Source: a virus (Duplodnaviria; Caudoviricetes). From it: 64,000 nucleotides of DNA. The translations under genes and the position numbers were made by a program. Positions 1-9,064 of this stretch are shown here, piece by piece. The stretch spans positions 1 to 64,000 of IMG/VR virus record IMGVR_UViG_3300033463_000023; one strand, 5' to 3'. Below the pieces are notes generated by a model that was given only the letters and a program-made list of their open reading frames with translations, was not told the DNA's origin and did not search any database. The first letter of the stretch is position 1, and each line of letters begins with the position of its first letter.

Positions 1-482
1 CTGGACGGCTGGGGTGGGTGCCGACCCTCCTTGGAGGGTCGCATATATGCTGACCGACCACCGACCACCGACCTTTGCACCCACTCTCCTCGGAGAGTGA
101 AGCCCCACCGATGCCGACCTCATAGGAGCCGACCGCCAAACTCCATGGAGTTTGAGGGCTTAGCGGTCAGCAGTCGGCAACCGATAGAGGCCACTCCCCA
201 TGGGGAGTGGGGGCTGTATGGGGGTCGCCAGATGGGGTCGGACAGCCCTGCCCCCTAAGGGGCAGAAAAAGCAGGACGAGCCGAGAGCCGAAAGTCATGC
301 GCGAGAGTGTTGTTAATAATTTTTAAGAGAAATTTTTCAAGAAAAATTTATTTTAAAAATTATCAACAAACCGCTTAGACCCTCATAAGAGGGTCTTCCT
401 GCGTGGGCACCCTTTTTGCCGAACTTTGCATCGGCAATCAGCCACCGACGGCTGACCCACAAACGATAAAATTTTCAATTTT

Positions 483-1106
483 ATGAAAACTCAAAATTCA
501 GCACGTAACACCAAGGGTGTTAACACCGAGAGCAAGAACACAGTGAACAACAACGCAGCCAACTCTCCTAAGAGAGTTGTCGTAACCCGAGACGAGTATT
601 CCGTGGTCTACGACCACGCTGTCAGCCTCGTGGTTGCCTACTCCTGTGGGCACAAGGTCGAAGACCCTCGCAAAGGCTTTGCCTTTGGTCCGGCCTCTAA
701 CGGCAGCCACACCCGTAACTACGCCAAATCTTTGATTTGGGGCTTCGCTACTAACAAAGCCCTAAAGGGCTTGAAAGCGCAGGACGGCAAGAAGGACCTT
801 AAGGTCCTTGACGAGCTGACCGACAAGGCTAAGCGCGTTAAGATTGCAATGGCAATCTTAACGGACTGCTCCCTCGTTAAGGGCGATAGCAAAGCTATCG
901 AGGCATCGCTCAACAAAGTTGAGCCAAAGCGCGAGCGAGTATTCGCCGAGTCAGTCCTTGCAGGACTGATGGCCGAGGAGACCAAGGCTACTGCCCCTAA
1001 GGGCAGTAAGGCCAAGAGCGAGACCAAGAAGTCTACCACCAAGGGTGGTAGCAAGTCTAAGAGCAGCAAGCCTGCCACCAAAGGTGGCAAGAAGTCGAGC
1101 AAGTAA
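483..1106 (+). CDS. Hypothetical protein with Lys/Ser-rich basic C-terminal tail
   Basis: 207-aa ORF, AT-rich leader, tail KKSTTKGGSKSKSSKPATKGGKKSSK; no family recognised. Confidence 0.8.
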   Translation: MKTQNSARNTKGVNTESKNTVNNNAANSPKRVVVTRDEYSVVYDHAVSLVVAYSCGHKVEDPRKGFAFGPASNGSHTRNYAKSLIWGFATNKALKGLKAQDGKKDLKVLDELTDKAKRVKIAMAILTDCSLVKGDSKAIEASLNKVEPKRERVFAESVLAGLMAEETKATAPKGSKAKSETKKSTTKGGSKSKSSKPATKGGKKSSK

Positions 1107-1194
1107 GCCCACAAGCGAGGACGTTCACACGAAGTTTAACCCCGAGGGGGTTAAGGGCTAAACCGCCACACCCCCTCATAATTTTTTCAAAATT

Positions 1195-1548
1195 ATGTCA
1201 AACAACACTCAGATTTTCCACATCCTGCTTAATGTCGTAGACATTAACACCCAAATCGTTCTCCCCTCCTACGAGTGGACAGGTTTAGCATCATCAGCAC
1301 TTCGTGCTGAACGCAAGGCAATTCGGGGCTACAAGAGCCTTGCTCTTGCCAAGTGGAGTTACAGAATTTGCGACGAGTATCGCTTAACTGCAAAGCAGTT
1401 AAAGAGGCTCATCAACGACGGCCTCATTACCCCTCCTGACCTCTTCGAGGTCACAGTCGCTAATGTCGAAAGCGAGCCGTATATCCGACCCCCTAAAGGG
1501 GGTCAGGTCATCGGCTTTGAGACGTTCGATTGGGGCGACCAAGCCTAA
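1195..1548 (+). CDS. Hypothetical protein
   Basis: 117-aa ORF with leader TTTTCAAAATT similar to neighbouring genes; followed by a terminator. Confidence 0.7.
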   Translation: MSNNTQIFHILLNVVDINTQIVLPSYEWTGLASSALRAERKAIRGYKSLALAKWSYRICDEYRLTAKQLKRLINDGLITPPDLFEVTVANVESEPYIRPPKGGQVIGFETFDWGDQA

Positions 1549-1573
1549 AGGCTTGACAACCAACCCCATACAG

Positions 1574-1601
1574 CCCTCACCCCTTTGGGGTGGGGGTTTT
1601 T
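1574..1601 (+). terminator. Rho-independent terminator
   Basis: CCCTCACCCC-TTT-GGGGTGGGG stem followed by TTTTT. Confidence 0.75.
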
Positions 1602-1649
1602 CGTTGCTGCCTATATAGGTGGGCGGCCAGGGGCGAAACGCAGGGGCGC

Positions 1650-2376
1650 AAATCGCGTGTCCACACATCGCGGGCGCGAAACGCGGGGTACAGTCTGTTT
1701 TTGTGCCCGCTTGCGTCAGGAGGAATGGTAATCGGGGGACGATGCCTGGGTGGTGCGCTGAGTGGGCGTCCACAATGGGGAGCCGAAACGTGGACGGCCA
1801 CCGATGGGGCGAGGGCTGCCGATGTGGCCGCCCAATGGGGAGCCGAAACGTGGTCGGAATTGGTCGCCCAATACGCATGAGGTGGACGGCCAGAAAACCC
1901 GTGTGGTTCCAATGGGCTGCCGAAGTTTGGACGGCCACCTAACCGCGTAATGGAGGTGGACGGGGTCGGGGAAGTGGAAGCCCCTAACCGCGAGAGTTGG
2001 ACGGACGGGGCCGGCCATGGTGGACGGTGGTGGACGGCTAACGTGGAGCCACAATGGACGGGGATGGTGGCCTAACGTGGAGCCAAGTGGACGCAGATCG
2101 TGGACGGCCAGCTGGACGGGGATGGTGGCCTAACCTGGTCGGCCAGGTGGTCGGGAGTGGACGCAGAACGTGGGGCCAAGTGGACGCAGAATGGCCGCCC
2201 TGTTTTGGACGGCCACCTAACCGCGAAGTGGGCAGCCATGTTGGGCGCAGATTGGGGGCCCATTATTGGGCGGACAGTGGACGGCCATATCGCCCTTGGA
2301 GATGGGCGCAGTTGGAGGCGCGTAAATTGGGCGCCCAGAGTGGGGTGGACGCTTGCGCTAAATCGCGTGTCCACAC
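1650..2376. repeat. Non-coding GC-rich tract of dispersed direct repeats
   Basis: About 16 TGGACG on the + strand; duplicated 17-22-mers at 1650/2360, 1773/1833, 1926/2204, 2055/2113. Confidence 0.8.
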
Positions 2377-2447
2377 GCGCTATTTTTCAAACGTTTTTTT
2401 CACATCTTTGATGTAAAAAAAACTTAATAAAAATCGGCTCGAAAAAG

Positions 2448-2480
2448 TTTGGAGAACCGACGCAAAAAGCATTATATTTG
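2448..2480 (+). promoter_or_regulatory. Bacteroidota primary-sigma promoter (-33/-7)
   Basis: TTTG (2448) - 21 nt - TATATTTG (2473). Confidence 0.75.
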
Positions 2481-2535
2481 CACCGAGATTTTTTAACGCC
2501 ACATGGCACAAGTCAAACTTTCAAAATTTGCAATT

Positions 2536-3534
2536 ATGGCAACACGTAACAACAAGCGCAATGGCGCACAGAACGAGAGCAAGCAGGCTGCAAGCAAGCA
2601 GCAAGTGAAGAACAACGGCAAGAGCAACAACGCTCCTGCTCCCGAGGTAGGCACCCCCGTACCCGCTAAGCTCGAAGAGCTTCAGAACCGCTACGATGAG
2701 TTCACTAAGGGTCTTAGCGAAGCTAAGAAGCAGTCGAAGAAAGCGAGCGAGAAACTTGCTAAAGCAAGCGACCTCGTTCTCAATGAGCGTTACTGCATAG
2801 CAGTAAGCCGCTTCAACATGGGCACGGCAACTGCCGAGGATATGGCAATCATCAGCAGCCGTAAGGCTGAGCAGAATGCTTCCGAGGGCTTGGCAAAGTT
2901 ATTTGCCAAGGAGTACAAGGACTCCGAGGAGGTGCAGAACATGCGTAACCTCGCCAAGGGCGAGGAGGGAACCATCACCTCAGCTATAGCTGAGACGCTC
3001 CGCAACTGGACAAAGTGCTATTGCACTTTGTACAAGACAATCGGCATCTCTTCAAAGAAGAGCCTTACCCCGGCCCTCGTTAAGGACTTATGTCCTTACC
3101 TCATGGTGGCTACCGCTGACGGCCTTAAGGCCGCTACGGTCAACCGGACAGCCGTACGTAAGAACGGCAAGGCCGTTAAGGTCAACGGCAAGAGAGTGTA
3201 CAAGTACACTCTTCGTGAGAAGAGCCGTTGGACCGCCTATGGTCTCTTCGAGACCTTAGAGCGCAACTTCCGTCTCGCTGACCTCTTCGCCGAGGACGAA
3301 CTTAACGTTCGTCGTCAGCTGCTCGACAACCAAGTCGCAGCCCTTGCAGCCCTTAAGGCTGCTAAGGAGGCCGAGAAGTCGGACGTCCCCGAGCAGGCTA
3401 CCGAGGCTGCTAATGCAGCCGACAAGTTGGCTGCTGCTGCTAAGGCAGCAGGTAAGGCAGCCAAGGAGAACATCGACACCACCACTCAGCACACCACCAA
3501 GGGTGGTGAGCTGAAGAAAGTCGCTAACGGCTAA
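2536..3534 (+). CDS. Hypothetical Ala/Lys-rich helical protein
   Basis: Long ORF below the promoter; ATG 2536 preferred over 2503 on leader context. Confidence 0.85.
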   Translation: MATRNNKRNGAQNESKQAASKQQVKNNGKSNNAPAPEVGTPVPAKLEELQNRYDEFTKGLSEAKKQSKKASEKLAKASDLVLNERYCIAVSRFNMGTATAEDMAIISSRKAEQNASEGLAKLFAKEYKDSEEVQNMRNLAKGEEGTITSAIAETLRNWTKCYCTLYKTIGISSKKSLTPALVKDLCPYLMVATADGLKAATVNRTAVRKNGKAVKVNGKRVYKYTLREKSRWTAYGLFETLERNFRLADLFAEDELNVRRQLLDNQVAALAALKAAKEAEKSDVPEQATEAANAADKLAAAAKAAGKAAKENIDTTTQHTTKGGELKKVANG

Positions 3535-3542
3535 CTACCTAC

Positions 3543-3611
3543 GGTAGGGTGTTCCCGAAAGTTGGCGGGACTGACCGATAGGTCAGAGGGGTTCGACTCC
3601 CCTGCTACCCA
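3543..3611 (+). ncRNA. tRNA-like element (no canonical anticodon loop)
   Basis: GGTAG/CTACC closing stem, TCCCG/CGGGA arm, CTGACC-GATA-GGTCAG arm, T-arm AGGGG-TTCGACT-CCCCT. Confidence 0.55.
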
Positions 3612-3629
3612 CAATCCCACGCTTTATCG

Positions 3630-4630
3630 AGGCGACTGCCTCGAATGTGGCCGACGAGTTCCATCGGTTTCCCTTCGGGAAAGAGCGAAACCGAGCCACC
3701 TGCCCCTAAAGGGGAGCCTCGAAAGAGGTCGAGCCAAGTGCCCAGGATGCTCCGACCTATCGGTCGGGTGGTGGACGACAAAGGTCGTTGGTCTTACAGA
3801 CCACACCCCCTAACAAGGGTGCCTGCTCTTTGATAGATTGAACAACTCGCAACCTTTGCCCCTATTGGGTGTGCTTTGCTCGGCAGGGGACTCGCACGAG
3901 AGGTCTATCAACCTCGGCGAGTGTGGACAAGGTGTAAGCAGGAAGATGCAGCCAAGTGGCAAGCGTTATAGGACGGCCATGCGTGGTGGACTCGGAATAT
4001 GGCGGCCTCGTGAGAGGACGGCAAAAAGGACCCACTGCGTAGAGAGCAACCGCCAGGAAACGTAGCGCGAGTCCACATGGGGGCGGACTGAACTGCACCA
4101 TAACGAGGCCAAGGGTGGACGGTGTCCCAGATGGACGCCTAATCCGAGCGAAACGGACGGCGGGAGAGACCGCAGAGGGACTGAGGGTCCATGCGCTGGG
4201 TAGTGGGTGAACACGAAAGCGGTGGGAAGTAGGAGACCTCGGCTATAGACAGCGTTGAGCCAGCCTATTGGCTGCAATGAATAGGCGGAAGAGAGACTGG
4301 AGCTATCGGGCAAAGGGTAGTGTTAGAGGCACGAAAAGCGCGGTAGAAAGGAGACCTCGACGAGCATCGAAGATGCAGTGGTATGCCAAGTTACGGGCGG
4401 TAATGCGTAACGGTGGGTGTATGATGTCCCCACTTGAAAGATGCAAAGCGTTGTATCCACGATTGGCGTCATCGTTTTGGCGGTTACTGAGCGTTACTAA
4501 CCACCATGCAGACTATTGTGCGAGATTCCTATGCACGAGACGAAGCAGAAAACTTCCTATTAACGGAGGAGGAGTGTGTGATAGCGGATGGCTAATCATG
4601 CGTGTTATTATCGCGGCAATGCACCAGGTG
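3630..4630 (+). ncRNA. Candidate large structured ncRNA
   Basis: No credible ORF; tetraloop hairpins (CCTC-GAAA-GAGG, CCTC-GTGA-GAGG, CCGACC-TATC-GGTCGG) and long-range stems (TTGATAGA/TCTATCAA, GTGGACTCG/CGAGTCCAC); boundaries approximate. Confidence 0.55.
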
Positions 4631-4632
4631 GC

Positions 4633-4707
4633 GGAGTGCAACACGTGCGAGGAAACGTTTATGGGCTATTATGGGCGAAAGCTGGCGGTTCGAGTCCGCC
4701 CACTTCA
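4633..4707 (+). ncRNA. Degenerate tRNA-like element
   Basis: GGAGTG/CACTTC closing stem and T-arm GGCGG-TTCGAGT-CCGCC; interior not a clear cloverleaf. Confidence 0.4.
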
Positions 4708-4818
4708 CTATTGAGTTTTGAGTTGCACTATGGGCGGAACGTCGGGAGACGCTGGGCACACGTTGCACGCCCATATATACGGAAAATAATAACGCATATA
4801 TATAATAAGGTGTAAACT

Positions 4819-4983
4819 ATGGCAGCTATTGTGCTACAACTGCGCCCCAAGTTCAAGGAACTTCGGGCGAACGAAACCTACTCGTATGAGCAGGTGATCG
4901 ACATCCTGTGCGAGTTCGCACAGTCCCTCTACCCGGATATGGACGCAGAGTGTATCCGTGAAATCATCATCGACAATTTTTAA
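4819..4983 (+). CDS. Small hypothetical protein (54 aa, MAAIVLQLRP...)
   Basis: Hand translation; fills the gap before the next gene. Confidence 0.6.
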   Translation: MAAIVLQLRPKFKELRANETYSYEQVIDILCEFAQSLYPDMDAECIREIIIDNF

Positions 4984-5007
4984 ACTAAAAATTTGGAGGA
5001 CAGAATT

Positions 5008-5382
5008 ATGAAACAGAGAAAACAGATTACAGGTGCTATTCTGCTGGTGCTGGGGCTCGTGGTGGCTACCGGCGTGGACGTGAACGTATGGCAGGCTCCC
5101 GTGGCAGCGGCTATGCTGCTCGTGGGGGCTGCGTGGATCCAGGGTTATGGCGTGTGGCAGTTCGTGCGCCACCTCTTCGAGGACGAGAAGCGGGGCAGAT
5201 ACGACACTATCCGTCACCGCAGCGGCATCAAGTACAACCAGGCGGCTATCTTCGTGGGCACGGCCTGCCTCTTCATCGGCACGCCCAAGGAGTGCGAGGA
5301 GCTGACGGACGACCTGTGGCACCGAGGCGTGCAGGCGAAGCAGGTGGAGTTGACGGGCAACGAGGTGTTCGACGTGCTCTAA
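5008..5382 (+). CDS. Hypothetical membrane protein
   Basis: Two N-terminal hydrophobic segments. Confidence 0.75.
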   Translation: MKQRKQITGAILLVLGLVVATGVDVNVWQAPVAAAMLLVGAAWIQGYGVWQFVRHLFEDEKRGRYDTIRHRSGIKYNQAAIFVGTACLFIGTPKECEELTDDLWHRGVQAKQVELTGNEVFDVL

Positions 5383-5442
5383 GGTCACACAGATTTCACA
5401 GATAACACAGATTTATAAACGTTCAAAAAACAACAAACAATT

Positions 5443-5652
5443 ATGGCAACAAAAAGAACTAAGGCGATAGTTATCGCCATGGCCGCTATCTGCGGCACGA
5501 CATCGGAGAGTATGGAAAACGTGGCTACTGCCGCATTGCGCGACATCAAGGCAGACCTCGGCAGTGACAAGACCTATAGCATCGCTACGCCCAGTCCGTT
5601 CGACCTGAACTACGACTGGCTCGGCAGCGACGACGGGGACATCTATGCGTAA
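5443..5652 (+). CDS. Hypothetical protein
   Basis: A-rich leader; overlaps the next start. Confidence 0.65.
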   Translation: MATKRTKAIVIAMAAICGTTSESMENVATAALRDIKADLGSDKTYSIATPSPFDLNYDWLGSDDGDIYA

Positions 5653-6004
5653 ACAATGGGAGGACAAGACTATGTATGACGAGACAAAGGCAAAGCTCTA
5701 TGAGCGCGAAGTGGAGTTCGTAGAGACGGAGAGTAGGTTTATCAACGGCGGTCTGGGCCACACGAAAGAGGTGGCGCAGGCTATGGCGCAAGACCACCGC
5801 TATCTGGTGCAGGAACGCTTCAAGCTGATGCTGGAGTACTGGAAAGAATTAGCCAAGAACTATCGCAAGGGGCGGTATGACCCGCGCAACGAGTGGGCCT
5901 GCAGGTGTGCCGGCGTGGCTATCGACGCGCTCATCGAGAGCGGTGACCTGTATATCCCCTGGGACGAGCGTGAGGAATTTGGTATGAACACTAAAGAGGC
6001 ATGA
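5645..6004 (+). CDS. Hypothetical protein
   Basis: 119-aa ORF in operon-like packing. Confidence 0.75.
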   Translation: MRKQWEDKTMYDETKAKLYEREVEFVETESRFINGGLGHTKEVAQAMAQDHRYLVQERFKLMLEYWKELAKNYRKGRYDPRNEWACRCAGVAIDALIESGDLYIPWDEREEFGMNTKEA

Positions 6005-6007
6005 GGT

Positions 6008-6295
6008 ATGAAAGCGAATCTTGAGAATTTAAAGGATGCTATGCAGAGGTGTGCGACGGCCCATGGGGCTAACTTCTGCGACTGGAGTGACGACGACCAA
6101 CTGGCTATCGACAAGGCGAACGTGCCCGTGATGGCCGACGTGCGCATGATCTGCGAGGCATTCTTCGGGACGTTCTCGCCCCTGGACGAGGACTGGGGCT
6201 ATACCGTGGTGTGGCTTCATGTGCCCTTCCTGCATGAAGTAAATGTATCGCTGCTGAACTCCGCCCTGCCTACAGGCATGGCTATGGCGGCATAA
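6008..6295 (+). CDS. Hypothetical protein
   Basis: 95-aa ORF 3 nt after the previous stop. Confidence 0.75.
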   Translation: MKANLENLKDAMQRCATAHGANFCDWSDDDQLAIDKANVPVMADVRMICEAFFGTFSPLDEDWGYTVVWLHVPFLHEVNVSLLNSALPTGMAMAA

Positions 6296-6459
6296 AACTA
6301 TCAAAACGGAACGAATCATGAGACAACATCTGAGCAGAAAGGAGCGCGCCGCAATGGAGCGCTTCATGGAGTCGGTCGGGGCCGGGTACCCCGACGACGG
6401 AAGAAAGCGTGCCGGCCACATGACGGCATGAGTGTTTAACAACTAAAACCTTTACGACT

Positions 6460-7551
6460 ATGGCAAAGGAAGCGATTGTAAAGCAGGTGGACGTGATGGG
6501 CCTGATGGGCGCATTGCGCACCAAGGGCGAGGCGAAGCTGAGCGACTTCGCAAAGCCTATCGAGAGCGACAACAACAACAGTATTAACGATCCAAACAGT
6601 ACAATTATGGCAAATGAGACAAAGGCTGCCGACCTTATCGGCAAGGTGATTATCGTGGGCGAGAACCTCGCCACTATCGAGATTAAGAGAGTGCAGGACA
6701 ACGGCATGCTGGCCTGCGAGTTCAAGCGCGGCGACGCTGCGCCTATATCCATGCCCGTGACCATCCCGAACCTGGAGGCGCAGGTGAAGCGCGGCACGTG
6801 GAAGTTCAAGGACGAGTGCCTCGCCCCCGACTCCTCTCCTACCGGCGAGGTGGAGGTGGCCGAGGTGGTGGATATCACGCCGAAGAAGCCGACTATTAAG
6901 CCTAAGGCTGAGGACAAGCCTAAGGCTGAGAAGCCGAAGAACACGGGCAAGACCAAGATCGTGGTGGCCGGTGTGCCCAAGCCAGGCGAGGTCGGGGACA
7001 AGCCTAAGGCTGCGAGTGAGCGAGAGGAGAGCGGAGCTGGCTCCGGCTCTGCCGAGTGTGAGCAGGCTCGCCCGCAGGGCAAGGGTAAGCTGACCTATTC
7101 GACCTATACGTCGAAGAAGGGCAAGACGTGCGCCAGGATATCGGGCTTCGGCGAGGACGACCCCGCCTATGTGAACGCCACGGAGATCCACGGCAGCGCG
7201 TCGTGGGAGAAGACGAAGAACGGCCAGCGCACCAACTACATCGTGTTCGGCCACCGCTATACGGAGGCTGCCAGGCAGGTGTGCGAGGCGCTCAATGCCG
7301 GCAAGAGCTTCGAGGGCTGCAAGGCTATCGTCGACGGAGCCACGGCCGAGCGCCAGCAGAAGCGCCAGCAGAAGCGCCTCACCCCCAGCCCCTCTCCGAC
7401 TGGCGAGGGGAGCGAGGGCGCAAAGGGGTCAGGCACCGGTGCGTCCAAGACCTATACCCTCGACGAGGTGGCGGCGAAGCTGCGCGGCCTGCTGCCCGAG
7501 GGCGACAAGGCGACGGCCGAGGACATCAGGAAACTGCTGGAGGCGGCATGA
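6460..7551 (+). CDS. Hypothetical protein
   Basis: 363-aa ORF, ACGACT-ATG start, high third-position GC. Confidence 0.85.
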   Translation: MAKEAIVKQVDVMGLMGALRTKGEAKLSDFAKPIESDNNNSINDPNSTIMANETKAADLIGKVIIVGENLATIEIKRVQDNGMLACEFKRGDAAPISMPVTIPNLEAQVKRGTWKFKDECLAPDSSPTGEVEVAEVVDITPKKPTIKPKAEDKPKAEKPKNTGKTKIVVAGVPKPGEVGDKPKAASEREESGAGSGSAECEQARPQGKGKLTYSTYTSKKGKTCARISGFGEDDPAYVNATEIHGSASWEKTKNGQRTNYIVFGHRYTEAARQVCEALNAGKSFEGCKAIVDGATAERQQKRQQKRLTPSPSPTGEGSEGAKGSGTGASKTYTLDEVAAKLRGLLPEGDKATAEDIRKLLEAA

Positions 7552-7629
7552 CGCTCTGCGAGCTAATGAATAGTGAATAACGAATAGTGAATAATTAACG
7601 CTGCGCTATCGGCATGACGGGCAACGACT

Positions 7630-8679
7630 ATGGCAACGAAGAAAGAAAAGTCAAAGGGACTGCGGATGAACGACAACCAGAAGCAGAAGTATGCGGAGCT
7701 GTTCATCAATGCGCTCGACTCTATGGCGGGCGCGAAGTACAAGAAGCCGTGGGTGACGCCGCACGGAGGCCACCCCGCCAACTACAGGCACAAGAAGCCG
7801 TACAGGGGCGTGAACGACCTGTTCTTGAGCCTGCTGTGCGCCATGCGCGGCTGGAAGACGTGCTGCTTCCTGACCTTCGACCAGGTGACGGAGATGGGCC
7901 TGCAGCTGAACATGGTCTACGGCAAGGACGGCATGCCCGAGCTGAACGACAAGGGGCTGCCCGTGTTCGAGCGCCCGTTCCCCGTGGTGAAGAAGCTCAT
8001 GACGGTGTGGCGCGACGGCGTAAAGCTCTCGCCCAAGGAGTACGACGAGCTCTCCGACGAGGAGAAGGAGGACTGCCACAAGGCGTTCTACAACAGGTTC
8101 TACAACGAGTTCAACCTCGAGCAGACGAACTTCGCCGAGGTCTATCCCGAGCAGTGGAAGCAGCTGACGGCCGTGCCGGAGCACGACTATGCCGAGGGCG
8201 TCAGGGACGGGGTGCTCGAGCGTATCATCATGGAGGACGGCGGCTGGCGCTGCCGCATCGAGTTCGGAGGCCAGGAGGCGTTCTACTCGCCCGGCCAGGA
8301 CTATATCCGCCTGCCGGAGCGGTCGCAGTTCCTCGGCGACGAGCAGTTCTACGGCACCGCCCTGCACGAGATGGCGCACTCCACGAAGAAGGACGTGAAG
8401 CGCGACATCGGCGGCGTGTTCGGCTCGGAGGAGTATGCCCGCGAGGAGTTCGTGGCCGAGCTGACGTCGGCCTGCGTGTGCTCGATGCTCGGCATCGGCA
8501 AGCTGCTCGACGAGAACCACGTGGCCTATGTCGCCTCGTGGCGCAAGGCGCTCAAGGACGACACCGACTTCATCCCCAGCGTCATCGACTACGTTCAGAC
8601 GGCCACGAACTACATCCTGCGCCACTACGACAAGGTGCAGAAGTCTATGGAGGCCGGCGAGCTGGCTATCGCAGCGTAA
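7630..8679 (+). CDS. ardC: ArdC-like antirestriction / ssDNA-binding protein with zincin-like C-domain
   Basis: N-terminal KPW...YRGVN...FLTFDQ; C-terminal AFYSPGQDYI, ALHEMAHST (HExxH), YAREEFVAEL, YVASW. Confidence 0.85.
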   Translation: MATKKEKSKGLRMNDNQKQKYAELFINALDSMAGAKYKKPWVTPHGGHPANYRHKKPYRGVNDLFLSLLCAMRGWKTCCFLTFDQVTEMGLQLNMVYGKDGMPELNDKGLPVFERPFPVVKKLMTVWRDGVKLSPKEYDELSDEEKEDCHKAFYNRFYNEFNLEQTNFAEVYPEQWKQLTAVPEHDYAEGVRDGVLERIIMEDGGWRCRIEFGGQEAFYSPGQDYIRLPERSQFLGDEQFYGTALHEMAHSTKKDVKRDIGGVFGSEEYAREEFVAELTSACVCSMLGIGKLLDENHVAYVASWRKALKDDTDFIPSVIDYVQTATNYILRHYDKVQKSMEAGELAIAA

Positions 8680-8685
8680 AAGTAC

Positions 8686-8893
8686 GGCAGCGCACACTGC
8701 CTAACCGCGGCTGCGGGGCGGCGCGTGTTCAGGACATCCTGCCCTGACCGGCAGTCTTCGGCCTGCCTCCATCTCCGGAGGCCCGGCCGCCGACGGCTTA
8801 CCCTGCCCTCCGGAGATGGAGGCGGGCGTCGTCTGCCGGCAGCAGGATGCTGTCATCGAACCGATAGAGAATTGTGCCGGCCGCCCGGCAACC
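8686..8893 (+). ncRNA. RT-associated structured RNA unit 1
   Basis: GGCAG-cgcaca-CTGCC; P2 GGGCGGC/GCCGCCC; TTCA 8728; hairpin 8735-8849; CATCG-N6-TAGAG-N3-TGTGCCG. Confidence 0.8.
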
Positions 8894-8908
8894 CTAAAAC
8901 GAAAAGGA

Positions 8909-9061
8909 ATGATTACAAGATTCAAGCTCTGGGACGGTCGCAAGGTGACCGTGGAGCAGACGATGACGGGCTATACCGCCCAGACAGAGGGAGAGAACGA
9001 GAAGAGGCGCATCACCAGTACGGACTATATGCGCTTAGTGTTGAACGCTCAAATATGTTAG
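8909..9061 (+). CDS. Small protein (50 aa) immediately upstream of RT
   Basis: ATG 8909 after an A-rich leader; stop 3 nt before the RT start. Confidence 0.65.
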   Translation: MITRFKLWDGRKVTVEQTMTGYTAQTEGENEKRRITSTDYMRLVLNAQIC

Positions 9062-9064
9062 GCT

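Noticed and set aside
1577-2416. Several overlapping ORFs in the TGGACG tract
   Set aside because: Low-complexity G/W/R products in all frames with no start context; more likely non-coding.
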